A stretch of DNA of 64,000 bases from Tubiluchus corallicola (lineage: Eukaryota; Animalia; Priapulida): contig JAQGDQ010000079.1 in assembly GCA_030141605.1 (NCBI GenBank), forward strand, positions 496,001 through 560,000. The letters run 5' to 3'. Position 1 is the stretch's first letter, and every line of letters begins with the position of its first letter. The position numbers were made by a program, and so were the translations under genes. Under the pieces are notes generated by a model, which was given only the letters and a program-made list of their open reading frames with translations, was not told the origin of the DNA and searched no databases. Of the stretch, positions 39,456 to 53,475 are shown piece by piece.

Positions 39456-40982
39456 TAGAACAAGATTGCTGGTTCATTAAGTTTAACACAAAAGTTAATT
39501 ATAATATTATAATTAATTAATTAATATCATTAGTATTACAATAGTTAAGATTCGCTATGCACACTTCTTTTCGCATATGCACACTATGCCTCAAACTAAC
39601 ATTACGTAACACCCCGTAAAGAATACACAAATTTAATTGTTTACAAAGTAAGAGTCTTCGTACGGCAATTATAGTTACTCCTCCACCCCACCCCCCCATT
39701 AGATGCCAGCACAAGTTTGGGGTAAAATTAAAGATTTATCCTCTGGTCACTGTAGATCGCCTGAGAAGTGAATGCATATTTTTATTAATCTTATAGTACA
39801 TGTAGTTATGTGGGGTGGGAGTTACAGTTTTATTTTTCATATATTATAATACTTATCAGCATTGCTAACTCCAGAGGCATCTATTAATAGAAATGTAGAA
39901 TAGTTCATCCATTTAATACCATTTCAAAGAAAACGTGCAAAAATCTGACCGACATGCCAGTAGTTGCTGATGTGTTGCATCTGGTACTGAGGCCTATATC
40001 ATTAAGGTAAAACAATAAGTGATTACTCCGTCATGTCGAAATATGAGAGCAGCAATAACTCCTCACCGACCACCTCCACCATAAACTACAACAAAGTGGT
40101 TGTGAAATCTTGAGTATATGTACGAGCACAATACTTTTGATGCCTTAATTACCTTTCAAGGCTTCTAAATCTAAGTTACATCGTCCACATCGCGCTGATT
40201 AATGAGAAGAACTTGAGACTACCCAAGTGGGTCGTGGGTATCATGTTTGAACGAACTCTGTTTTTGTTTATGGACTTTCTGAATTTGATTAAATTTCAAA
40301 AACTTCGTTAAATTTTCATGTGGCAAATCGCTTTAAGCAAATCGCAGTTAAATCTAAGTTGAATTGTCCATGTTAATTATACACAATAAAGTACATATTA
40401 AAAGAAACAAATCAGCTTACGTACAAGAAAAGGCATGAAGATAAATACTGGAAAGACCACTTAGTACGCCTAAAACAGCTGACGGCGTAAATTTTTTGTT
40501 GACTGACATTTATGTACACAAGAAATGCAGCTACTATATGTTACAGTATATGTCAAAGCCAAGTTTTAAAACAATACAAAAAAGATTTGCACTATTTTTA
40601 ATTCCTAAGTTATGAAGGTCGGTGAATGCTGTCTTATGAGCATCTCATTTTACTTTCTTATTCATTTGTCCTATTTTTTCTGCATGTATTTATTCTTCTT
40701 TGTGAGTAAATGCAGCAAGATAGTTTAGTCAGAACTACACTTCACAATAACTGAAAATGCGTTATTGTTAAAACAATTATCATCACCGTAACAATTACTA
40801 TATTACATTTTATGTGCGTTTACACGTCTTTGAAAAAAATGATTAAATAAGAAAACGTGATGTGTAAGAACACAAAGCACATTATTAGAATGATTCTTAT
40901 ACACCATGGCACTTTTATTTATCTTCATATTTCTTAAAATATATTTGTAAATATGTGTCTGATTGTGCTATAATATTGAAAA

Positions 40983-43900
40983 CTAAAATTCAACTGGTGC
41001 ACCGCCAACAATGATTAGTTTGTCTGCTGTTGGACTGTCAGGAATTCTTCCTTCGTAATGATCAGGATAAGCAGGTTCCCCATGTTTGACTATATCCAGA
41101 CCTAAATTTGCAATATAAATTATAGTGTTATTATTATATACCACTAAATTTTGGAAAATATCCATAAATTTAATATAGCGGTTATAGGCATCCATTGTCG
41201 GTCAATTTTTGCAGAGCAAAAGCAATAAAAAGTATGATTTTTTATTTCCTTCTTATATATTGTAGCATGTTTATTTTTACATAATTTTTTTTAAGATTAA
41301 AATAAAATTTTTTATTGTCACTTTACCTTTTTCTTCCGTTTCTGTCGAGACCCTCAATATTCCTAAAAGATGAAATGTTCCAAAGATTAGGGTGCAGACT
41401 CCACCACTCCATGTTATTATCGATAGGGCACCTAGGACATTTATCTCAAGGCCCTGTAAAGGTGCACGAATTTAACTGTTTTTTGTTAGAAAATATTTTT
41501 TTTCAAATCGAGTAAAAATTGTGAGCATTGGTGAACTCCTAGTGAGTCCTGGACTAATATTTAAAATTTTCGTAGAGCATGCGTTCCTTTAATAAATAGC
41601 ATTTCATTTTTTCCGAAAAATTAGGGGTCGGCCTACTAGAGTCAATGGGTTTTAGATTCAGCGCGAGTGAACTAATCTCACAGTAGATGTATAACATTTT
41701 TATTTTTCATATTTGATGTTGCTATCATATTACTGAGTCGATCAGAATCCTTTTCCACCAAAGCCAGTCTACTAATAAAAATATAAAACGGCTTATCTGT
41801 TCAAAATAATGCTCTTTTAAAGAAATATTGTTGAAATCGAACATATACATGGTGAGGTGTTGTTGCATCTTTTTTAAAGAAAATTTGCTGAAATCTGACA
41901 TGATAGTACATGTACATGGTGAGCAGCGATACATAATATACTAAAATCTGTTACCTTAAAGGCAGATTTAGTAAAACTGTAAACGATTCCTTTATCAACT
42001 CGAAATATCGGAGCAGCGATAACTCCCCACAGACCACCTCCAGCATGAACTGCAACAAAGTGAAGATGAAATAATGTGCGTAAGTAAATTGTAATTGCAC
42101 ATAGCATAAAGTGTACACCTAAAACGTATCAACGTCAATAAGTTTCCCACATTTCAGTTTATGTTGCATTCGGAGCGTGCGACAGCATCACTAGCACCTA
42201 CCGTATTCAAAGCCCAAGTGAATACTGTTGTGTTGCATACGTGTATGTACAAGCCTTGAATATGAAATAGTAAAAAAAACATTACTGAGTACTGAGTATC
42301 TAGTCTTTTTTACAGAGTGAGGTTGCGTTATTTGTGAGAAATATGTTATTTTGAGATTTGCTCGTATCTCCATCAGTTTGACCTTCAAATTATACATAAA
42401 AATTACTTGAGCAAAATGGCTTGACCAAATTAAGTGATCCATTAATTACGCGTTACAAAAATATACTTACAATTTATTGGATAAGGCAACGCAACTTGTA
42501 AGGCCTAATTATCCTGAAGATATAGGAAAAATTAGCCGAAAAAAATCTTAATAAAAGTGAAAGCAAATTAAACCAACAAAATTTCAAATCAAGTCTTTAA
42601 TGTATCATACACATCTGTCTTTAAGAAAAAACCAAACCGCCAACAATATTCATTGTATTTTAATATACAATTAAGAACATTGAAATTACCATGCAACATA
42701 CGCGCAAAAAAGTACCTTGCTTATGTGTATCAAAACTTCTGTAGTTTGTTCAGAAGTTCCTCTATTCAACCGTTATATTTATGTAAAAATTAGTGCACAG
42801 GATTATACCATAAAATATGTAAATACCATACGATGAGGTGTACATAATCAATTTACAGATTTTTGTTGACTTTCAGATAAGCGTGCAATTCTGCAAACAT
42901 GTAGGTGCCACGCGAGTTTCTTAGTTTATAGAGAAAAACCAGACCCAATGTTAGAGTATATCTCAAAACAATCTACCTTATAAACTACTGAAAGACAACA
43001 TATTCTTTTAAAAATGACTTATGTGAAAGAATTATTACTGCAGACTGGTGGCAATTTCCCAGCTAATTCTTGGCTGTTACATGCATTTTACAGTTCACTA
43101 GTTAGATGGACAGTGGCGTCTGCATTTCAGAAATGCGTTACACAAATAACAGGTGCTGTGCTTGTCAGTTCAGAAGTGTTAAGTTGTGACGTAATACACA
43201 CGTTCGAGAACTCATGCTTGAGCACAGTGGTAAACTAAAAATTTGAATTTAAATTTAAAATTTGCCGAGTTTTTGCACACTGGATGTTGTACAGGTGCGT
43301 TGCACTTCAATTTTCGCTTTCGCAAACACGTGCAGCACGCTCATGGAATGTTTGTGTCATTAAAAATTGTGTTCACTTGTGACGTTATCACTAGTTGGGC
43401 TCGCCTGCTGTTGATTAAAGGATTCGTCCTGGAGAAAAGTAGTACACCGTTAATCTTCGTCAAAAGTATAATAAATTTTTACAAAAATTAGATAGACTAT
43501 TTTGTAGCATTTTTGCGTGAATATTAAGTAAGCTTCAGAAGTTTAAATTAATTTAAGCAACGTACCCTCACGGAAAGCCACGATGCGCTTACAATGTCAC
43601 CATCGAAGTTCCCAAGGCCCAGTTACGCCATAATTTTAAAACTATTGGCAGCTACCACCGCGCCCGAAAATTTCGATTCAGAGGTAGTATATTGGTGTTT
43701 ACAATAACGGCTTATTGTAGTGGATTATAGCTGAATATAAAAGCTGCACTTTCTCCATGTTACTGTGAATGCCCTGTCACATGGACGTCACCGCTGTTGT
43801 ACAAACAGTTATTTACTTGCCCTTAGTATGTATTTTTGCGTTTCAGCATTGATGACACAAATCTGTGCTAATGCTGTGTCTTTTTTGGACTGTCGGTACA

Positions 43901-46900
43901 GTTTGTTTGGATTAAACGGATTGAGTTGCTTAGACTTCATGGACTGCTACCGCACTGCAGGTGCCGCATACATGGTTAAAATCAGTACGTACACTTTAGA
44001 GCTTGTCTAGTGGATGATTTCATATATGGTGCATGAACCAGTTGACGGTGCATACCTGCAACAGCGTCCAGTGGATCATCAATATGCATGACGTAAAGAA
44101 CCAGTAGACTTGCTCCAATGTACACCAGACCAGATATGGTTCCAACAACGGCCGCAGCCCATGGATGGTATACATTACAACCAGCACATATAGACACCTG
44201 GAACAGCTACGTTGTCAAAAATTTGTTCCATTTCGCCTACATGTATATGTTACAGGCAATGTGTGAAACCAGGTATTATATAGCATGCCTAGGCATTTTA
44301 TAGAGTGCCGAAACAAAACAGGTAAAATGTCTAGCGTAGATATACGTGTCTATAGCGTAGACACTTCCTAAGCATAATATAAATCCAAAAGTCGGTTTAG
44401 GCAAAGTGTACAATTCGTAGATTCTAAATATACTTTTCTTAGGCATTTTATAGAATGCCGAAATAAATTTTAGTTAATATAAAAATAAAAATTCTATTAT
44501 TAACCTCTTCTTCCATTACAACAGTGTTCATAGTCATTTAAACTATGCACAACATGAAAATTGGATTTATGCAAGCTCTAAACCTTGCACATGAGAAGCT
44601 GTTGAGGAAAATTGGATTAATGAATCCGTGCGTAACGCTAAAACGTTTCTACGCACACAAACCAGTTTACAAAAAAAATTATTTTCGTAAAAACTTTTCT
44701 GAATCCGGCCGCAGTCTTAATTCTTGGCTGTAGAAAGTGATTCACCTGATTGAGAAGCATGTTAAAGATGGTGACCATTACTGGCAAAACAATTAACTTA
44801 CCCGCTAACTTGAACAGCTTGCTAGTTTAGTACATTGACTAAGTCATTTTACGCATTCTGTACAAATGAGAAGCGTACAAAGTATCAGAAAAGATCGATT
44901 CAACACATTATAAGTTCATTTTACAATTTGCCAAAGCCACTTTACGCATTTTACATAAATCCTAGTTGTTATTAACAAAACGTCTAGGAAAAATGTGAAA
45001 GAGTCGCAGCAAAAAGATTTATTTTCCACTTTTCCGGAAATGCATAGGTGTTATTTAAAATGCCTAAATTTTATACATTGTTTGTAATATATACACCTAG
45101 ATCAGCCAATTTTGTCAGTTTGTTTTATTTCGTCTTTGAATATATGACTTCACATTCTTTTGATGAACTAGAGTCATGTAGTCTTATAATGTAAACTAAT
45201 GACAGCTATTTAAGAATTCTGTGAAAAAATTGAAACTAGGGATTTTGAAAAGTTGACAAATTTAATGTCAGCGCGATGTTGACAAAGTTAGCTCTAATCA
45301 TCGAACTACAGTTAGGTCGACAAAAATTGCAGGTGTGTTCTACTAAGTAAAAGTTGTTAGAATTTCGCCGACGATTTCAGTGTGAAGTTGAATGAATTAT
45401 ATTTGGAAGAATGTTATTTGAGGGGAGTTGGCCAGCCCTAGTTGGCCAAGTACACAACACTCAAAGCAGCAGTAGCTTGCAAATGCTCATTCACAATCAC
45501 GATAAGGCGTACCTTCAAACTGCAGGCTGTTTACAAAGATAATTACATGTAGTTTAAAAAGTTTATGACTTTCCGAATTTAGCAAGGGTTAAATGCAGTT
45601 GGTAGATATTTCAACGATCTTGAAACGTTTAGAACACTCATATATGATGGAACGTGTTTTCCCTAACCGTTATAAAGATATTTAGTCGATGCGATTGCGC
45701 AATTCTGAGCTAGAGAACAAAAAAAAATAACTGAAAAAGGACAGAAAATGCTGATAATAGAGTCATTTTATAGTTAACCTAATAATATGCGCACATACTA
45801 TGCCAGTCAGAGACGCATTTAGTGTAACTAGAAAACTCCATTGGCGACTTCCAGCATATTTATTTAAATATAGTGCTGTGAAAGCAGCGAAAGTTGCTCC
45901 CATTACTGTGTTGATCTAAAATGAAAAAGTAGTTTAGATTTTTTAGATTTATTTATTTGTCCATTAGCACAATATAATAATAATAATAATACAAAATATT
46001 ACAATTACAGAATTGGTAATGTGTTGCAGTGATATGAGTGTAACAGGAGAAATTGACTTCTGAGCTACGTTCAACATGGATATGCCTACATTATGACAGT
46101 CAATAAACGCTGGTAAATGAAGTAAAGCGACTGGACAAATGGAAGCAAGATGATGATAATGACGATGTTGATGATGACTACAACGATGATGATATTAATG
46201 CTGATGGCAATGGCGGTGATAATGACAATGATAATGAATTGGTTCAAATGACAATGATGCGCCAACATAGATTATTTAAAACAACTGAATAATTTTCGCT
46301 GTGTTGTGAAGATTAGAATTAAAATAATGAACAATATAAAATAAAGATATGTATTTTTGGTCGTACATACTTGTTAATTAGGCAGGTAAGACTCAAGTAT
46401 TGATTTTTTCAACTTACGTTTGAATATATATGTATTCTGATTTAGCACTTTTTATTTCTAATCAAAGCTTAGGCTTATTACATAGTAGCGGCCCAGTGAA
46501 TGTTAAATGATGTGTGGCTTTGTTTGTTCTGTATTACTGTACTTTAAATTCATTTGACCTAATATTATGAACCTTAATATTTAATTTTTGAACTGAATTA
46601 TTAGAATAGATTTGCGTGTAAATTATTAACTGTTTTGTACATATTACCTAGGTTATAATTAACTAAATTATCAAGTGATAATGTTTTACATTCTTCAAAA
46701 TGAGTGTTATCTATATGTGCTCTTCCTTTTTGTTTATAAAGAATGTGTAAAAGTAGTGCCGTCAGATAAGATAATTTTGAAATATATGTTTTTCCCCAGA
46801 AAATCATCAATGAAACAGTAATTAAGAGAAGGAAGAATTAAGCTGCTATGTAACGTAATGACGTGTGACTTTAAAATACTTTGTCGGATACAAGTAATGG

Positions 46901-49900
46901 TTCCTATGTTTTTTTAATATTTTTTTACTAATGTGTTTAATATGAAAGTCCAGTCTAAATGCTCTTGTAAATTCCCAAGAATTTAGTTTCTTTTACTATT
47001 TCGATGTTAACACTAGCAATAATAAAATTTAGATTTTGTGGAATATTTTGTATTTTTAGGTATAAAATTTATGCATTTAGTTGTACTGACATTTAAGGAT
47101 AATTTGTTATTGTAGAATCAGTTAGTATTAATGAGTAATTCATTGTTAATTTGTTTTAAATTATTTAGACTGTTTATTTTTAGAAATAAACTGGCGTCAT
47201 CAGCAAATTAAATAATTTTTGCCTTGCTGGTGTTATTAATGTCATTTACATATAATAAAAAGAACCTATAATGGATCCCTGTAGAACACAAGGTTAACTG
47301 AGCAGAATGAGAACTTTTAGTTCGATAAATAGATATCACAATTTGTACACATTTAAAAATTACAGATAATAATTAACCCAACAGAATATTATATATAGCA
47401 TATAACATATAACCTAATGTATAACTTAATCAGTGTTCTAATTTAACCCACAAATAATGTTTTGCAACTTAACTCACCACATTGCGTGCTACAGCTTCTC
47501 CATCGCCAGGTTTAGACAGGCTAGTTTGCGCTCCTCCAGTAAAAGCCAAGAAGCCAACAATTAAAATAAAACCACCCAATCCAGTGAGCTGGAAAAAACA
47601 TTTGAAATTAAATTCAATTTCGAGGTGAAAAATAATCTGTTTTTTGAAATGACGAAATAGGCTATATTTGCTGTAATTTGACAATGTGGTTCTATCAAAC
47701 AGACATGTTAATTGTTAAAGTGTCGTTCTTATAAAGATCCACCCGCAGTAAGCTTCTTCACTCAGAGTAAGAAGACTCTGCTATCTCAGCTTACAATAAT
47801 GCCAACCTCTGTAAGTTCAGTGGCAATGGATTTTTCTATGTTTTGGACTAGTAATGTTTGCCCTCTTAGAAGAAATTATGGTGGTGACAGCAGCTTAGTA
47901 CAGACGATGATGATAATAGCTACGATGGTGACGACAAAGATAATTATATTCAGGATGAAGACCACAATAATGGAACCAACAATAGTTGTTATGCTGATGT
48001 TAACGATGTTAATGCTAGTAAAGTCCATTTCACAGTGAGGACGCAAGGAAAATGACACACGAAATCGCTGTCAGAAAATCAGAACATTCCCAGAAAATTC
48101 CCAGAACATTCCCCAATTTTTTATCGAAATCCCATGCAGCAAGAAATTTTTTCAGAGCGATACTGCCGCGTCCGGTTAGCTGCAGTTACAATACCGGGCC
48201 TGTAGCTATTGCTCGCCAACATAAACAACGAAGTCGACGTCATGTTTTTACTAAGTGCTTACTATTATTAAAATAGTATGAATTACCGTCGTTATTGAGT
48301 ACACCCAATTAACGAAACAAAACGTTACCGCGGGATTATTGCCACGTTGTATGGACATCTGAGAAACGGTCGGGAGTAATTTTAGTTACACTAGAGTGAC
48401 TCGGACATTTGCAACGAGTTATTAGCTTTCCTGCAGGACTCAATTGCAAAAACGATGTCAACTTCAGAGATTGCGTTGACCCTCTAACTTTGTAATTTGA
48501 TATTTTATAATGTCTAAATTAAGTTATAGTTGTCGTAATTTTCATATACAAAGTACAATTAATAATGTTAGTCAACGTGATGCCAGACTTGTTTGTTTTT
48601 TTAGTAAAGTTCTACTAACCACGTAAATAAAATAAATATATGTGTGCGTTATTTTTCTTTTTCACGAATAAAGCCATCGCTGTTGGATTAATAAAACATA
48701 ATATCATCTGTCTATTTAAAGAGAAATTAAATATTATAATTTTTATGCTGAAATACGTTAATTATTGTTTGTTAGACAAGAAAGAAGTAATTGAGCAATT
48801 AAATTTTAATCTGAATTCCTCGAGCTCGCGAAAATGAAACATGCAGTATTTCTACCATGCGGCAGTTTTCCTTGTGAGGAGGACGCATAGCTTCTACCTG
48901 GCGGCAGAAGTCCTCACGAGGAAATGCACAAGGAAAAACCCTCACGAAATGCGCCATAGAAAACAATGTGTTCCATTTTCGTGAGGAATGCCACAAGAAA
49001 TTTCTCATTGACGAATTTTGTTGCGCGCCTCACAGTGAAATGGGCATAAATGAGAAAAATAGTAAATGAATACTGATAATGATGATAATGACGCCGATAA
49101 CGACGACCATGATGTTGTTAATGATGATAATGATGATGACGATGTTGGTGATAATGACGATGATAGTAGTTATTGTAACGACGATGGAAATGATAAAGAT
49201 AAACATGGTAGCAATGATGTCCAGCAATTGTTATCGAATTAATACTTTCTATGCCTGTTGCTGTGTCTATTGATCATAGCAGCTCATGTACGTAATGATA
49301 TTTGCGGTCAGTTACAAGAAACCACTTATCCTGCTTAATAGTAGCTTACAGCAGTGGTGAAGCTCTGGTGTATTATAAAATTGAAATTGGGATCCAATGT
49401 GAAGTTTACAAACTCGTTCACATGCATCTATAATTATTGGTTATGTATGTATGTGTGCACGGGTATGGTGTATGCATATGCGTGTATACCGGAACTGAAT
49501 GGCCTTTGATGTTCTGTGGCGTGCCATCAGACCGGAATCTTCCTTTGCGAGGTCCTAGAATCCAGGCTCCAACCAGTGCTGCAGTGCCACCCAGCAAGTG
49601 GACCACACCGCTGCCCGAGAAGTCGTAATATGGAATGGAGGCGTTACCAAGCCACCCTTGGGAAGACCATGCCCAATGGGCAGCGACCGGGTAAACGAAG
49701 CCTGCAACAATTTCACATTTTTCACAGAGAAAGCAAATAAACATGTTAACAACAATACGTGTTTAGTAGCGTTTTATAATGTAGTTGATAAACCTCAACG
49801 AGCATTAATTGTTTTTCCTCAGTTTTGTCTATTTAAATATTATTAAATAGTTGCGGAAAACATTAGCCGCAAGACACATTTATTACATTATTGACAGAAG

Positions 49901-52738
49901 CGGATAATCTGCATTACCGTTGCTGAACCTCTGTCTAAACACACTTAAAACCAACCAAACAGTGTTGTCAAAAGCTGATAAGGTTGAACAACAAATAATT
50001 AAATAAGATAAGAAAAGATATTTAAGGATAAACTTGATTGAGTAAAACTCGTTTACAACAAGGTCCTGGTTTCAGTAATTTAAAATTAAGAAAATTAAAT
50101 ACATGCAAGTGCATAAACATAAAATACAAAGAACACAAACAGTTACCTGTAATAAGAAAGCTATAACCAAAATAGGCTTGAAAATTACATCTCTCTGCCA
50201 CAGAGCCTGACACTATGGTTGACGTCGCAACAGCGAACACAAAATGAAAGAACCAATGAGAGTATCTTGTAGGTGGAAGTTGACCATTTATGTCTGTGAA
50301 GAAGTAGTGGTAGCCAATGAACGACGTACCGTGACCAAAAGCGAATGAGTACCCTATTGACCAGTATGCCGCACAACCAATAACTATAAAAGATGTGGTC
50401 ATTAAAAAATTTTGTTTTATGAAGGCTGTTGTCATCTTCAATTTCATCATTATTATCATCATCAGTACAGTCGTGAAGCTATGGGCGAGAAAGAAAACAA
50501 ATAAATAAGTTGACTGTTGTCAATACATTAATTAATTTAGAGTAGTTACTGCGATTTTACTCTAAGTTAATGAATTATTAGGATAGGATAGAAATGTTTG
50601 AAATTCGTGTGGTTTTGGCACTAATGATCTCTTCAACTACCATTTCAAAAACTTCATTTTCTTCGGTGGAGATTGGTGACTGGTTGCGCTCTCCTACCGT
50701 AGCTTTCTATTTAGTTTTGCTGTAACAGGCCCATGTTTTAGCCCTTCAATAATTTTTGAAGCGGATTTCTGATGCAAATGCTGAGAGATCTAATAAACTG
50801 CCTTGAAAAGTAAGCGCGCTGCCACGCATTCTTTACACAACGAAGCGTGTTAGCTTCCTCTGTTGTAATCGGCCGCCAAAGGTTTGACATATTTTACACT
50901 TTCATCGCCGTGTTCTTATAATTAATGACACTTCGCTTTCTAGAACCTTCGCTTCTCCTAGAAGGAGATTTCCTTTATTTTCGAGACAGTAAAAATGAAT
51001 TACAACTCACAATTAACATTAAAGGCAATGTAATCGGCAAGGCCTATATTGGCGAAATATTGATAGAAGCAGCATTTAAAGATGTGTAATTTGAATTCTT
51101 TGACTTTGAGGGGGTACACACACGGGATTAAATTTTAACCAAATAACACTTACAAGCATCTAGCATGTTTTTAATTAAAATATTCGTTGTATTTTTCCGT
51201 CTCACGGCGCCACACTCGAGAAATGCAAATCCAGCTTGCATAACTAGAACAAAAAATGCGTAAGTGATTATTTTTTATTATAGATAAATATTTGTCGCAG
51301 AACTCTTAAAGTAACATACGGGAAAACTATATTTCGCCGTCTGGATAATACAAATTATTGTTTTTTTAAATGTTTCCTTAACATTATAGTCATAACCACG
51401 TTACAACGCTAATGACACGCCACAGTCATGAAATACTGTCATTCTCACGAAATAATGTATTGTGACTGCTACATATGTGTACAGGGTGGTGCATAACTTT
51501 TAAACAATGAGCAAGACACCGCAGAGCAATTTAGTACATTAATGTATTGCTGCAACTACATGCCCTCAATATTTAATGTAAAAACACTGTGCATCTTGCG
51601 GAGCCAGCAATCTTGAGAGTATGATTGGTGCAGTGAAATGAAAACTATTGGATTCATTTTGTCGATCGAACTGAAAATTCAATTCACATGACCTCAGCCC
51701 CCGCCAAACACATTGTAGCTACCCTGAAAAACGCTAAGGTAATGAAGAGTGGACGCTAAGATAATGAAAAGCATTACCATTGATGAGTATCTAAGAAACA
51801 ATTTTGTGAGATATGTGCAAGACGTATTGAAGGATCTTGAGTTATTCGAGCCACTAGCCCCAATATTGTAGGCGGCGCGCGGTGCGCGAGGCTGCCACAT
51901 TAAATTTTGAGGTCATGATAGATTCAGCATTTTGAATACCGTGCAAATTTCTGACCTTTTACTTTAATTAATAGTTAGGGGGATAAATTATATGATTACT
52001 TTTTTGCTACGGCTCATATATAACGTTACAAGTAAAAGGTCATAATAATTATTAATAACTAAATAAATACGAAGTAGAGTGCTGCTTTGATGCGTTGCAC
52101 AACAAAGTAAATAAATTGACCGGCTTTTTTTAGAGACGTGAAATGTGTGTTTCTTTCGTACCATTTGCTTCCCCTTATTTATAGTGTTTATTAGCTGATC
52201 GTGATTATATGAATGTACAGGTATACTTATAGATAAATATAAATGCTTAACATTGCAATTTTCTTATAGATAAGTATATGTGCTTACTAGTGCAATTTTC
52301 TTTTCGACTTAACTTCGAAATATATATATTCTCAGCGACTAACTTAGAAAAAATATAGTAAAAATTAATTGCTATGCCTGTAGATGAATATAAAGAAATT
52401 ATGAACAAGCGAGCAGAAGATGCCAGATTCGATTTCTGGCCAACAAGTTATTTGTGGCAACCTTAGGCATAACTCCTTCTCAATACAATAAGCCAAGCAA
52501 AAAATACACTTTGAATAAACCCATCTACATTACGTTTAGAAAACCCCAGACACAGAATTCAAAATTTATAGCAACAGTACTTACAAAATATAAAAATTGA
52601 ACATATAATAAGGAAAGCACTGTCGATATTGTTAGCAAACACTTCTGCTGAGTTAACTAAAGCTTGGAGCAAAACTACTGTGTTGTTGTCCAATTTCTCC
52701 GTTTGCAGGTTCTTCAATGCTTCTTGAACAGCCTCCAT
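40983..52738 (-). CDS. Amt: Ammonium transporter (metazoan Amt family), 10 coding exons, 467 aa
   Basis: Exons 52738-52585, 51243-51154 (FMQAGFAFLECGAVRRKNTTNILIKN), 50383-50147 (TIVSGSVAER), 49701-49490 (YPVAAHWAW, DFSGSGVVH, GPRKGRF, GHSVP), 47588-47478, 45915-45799, 44197-44056 (IDDPLDAVA), 42049-41955 (VHAGGGLWG), 41453-41327 (LRVS.E.E), 41101-40983 (GLDIVKHGEPAYP). Phases consistent; total 1404 nt. An acceptor at 52745 implies an unlocated upstream exon. Confidence 0.93.
43160..43410 (+). repeat. Dispersed repeat, copy 1 (copy 2 at ~55890-56140)
   Basis: Shared blocks tcagttcagaagtgtt, cacacgttcgaga, acttcaattttcg, tgttcacttgt..gttatcactagttg. Confidence 0.8.
46145..46260. repeat. Degenerate (GAT)n trinucleotide tract (similar tracts at ~47880-48015 and ~49075-49220)
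   Basis: gatgatgataatgacgatgttgatgatg... Confidence 0.8.
46330..47400 (-). mobile_element. CR1/L2-like LINE reverse transcriptase remnant in an Amt intron
   Basis: Reverse translation near 47290-47190 gives VLQGSIIG..FLLYVND....*FADDA; VKETKFLG near 46995; stops and frameshifts. Confidence 0.75.
48022..49046. mobile_element. PIF/Harbinger-like non-autonomous element
   Basis: TIRs agtccatttcacagtgagg / cctcacagtgaaatgggca; 3-bp TAA on both flanks; subterminal cctcacga repeats; inserted in a (GAT)n-like tract. Confidence 0.6.
52226..52299 (+). repeat. Imperfect 37-bp tandem duplication
   Basis: cttatagataaatataaatgcttaacattgcaatttt / cttatagataagtatatgtgcttactagtgcaatttt. Confidence 0.8.
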
Positions 52739-53309
52739 AATTTCCTGCAAGATAAGTTATGCCAATTTAAATTTTACTAAAACGTTTTGGCTTTTGTAAT
52801 TACGCCGGATTTTTAGCCGACACTTTTATTATAGCAGATTGCGCTGGAATGCATTGATTGTGATATTATTTAAATAGCTCAAAGCCTCAGACTTTTTCTA
52901 CGGTGTATTTAGTTCCCCAGGCAATGTGTATCCTTGAAGAAATCTAAGTAAAACGAAACTGTATTTTAAGCCCTTTTTCGGTTTCCAAAAATCGAACGTA
53001 GTCGCTGATGAAGTCACAGGTTACAAAGCCATTGTCATATTTCAGCATTTTAATGAACGACTGACTGATTGAATGAAAGAATGAGTACGTGAGTGAGTGA
53101 ATGACTGTTTACGTAAATTGATGAACGAGTGATTATGTTATTGAGTAAACGGATGTCTAATTAACTGAATGAATGATTGAAGGAATCAACGAACGAGTAG
53201 GCACCTCATCCGCAATTTGTACGGTACATAATTACTAAAGTAATTTCAGTGTAGCTTAAAGATTTATAGTTCAAAATGAACCGAAGATGTGACGGCAACC
53301 CTAACAATA

Positions 53310-53475
53310 TTATCAGCATCATCATCGGCATCAACAACAACGCGTACGCGGACTTAACGGTCGTGACAGTAATACAACAAGAGCAACTGCAATACCAATG
53401 ACAGAACGACAGCAATGATGATGACGACAGCAGCCGCAGCCGCAACAGCAGTAACAGCAGCAGCAGCAGCAGCTG
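53310..53475. repeat. (CAT)/(CAG)-type trinucleotide tract
   Basis: catcatcatc...cagcagcagcagcagc. Confidence 0.8.

Noticed and set aside
46086-49273. Ile/Met-rich hydrophobic ORFs (46086, 47712, 47876, 49030, 49079)
   Set aside because: Products of (GAT)n-like tracts within Amt introns
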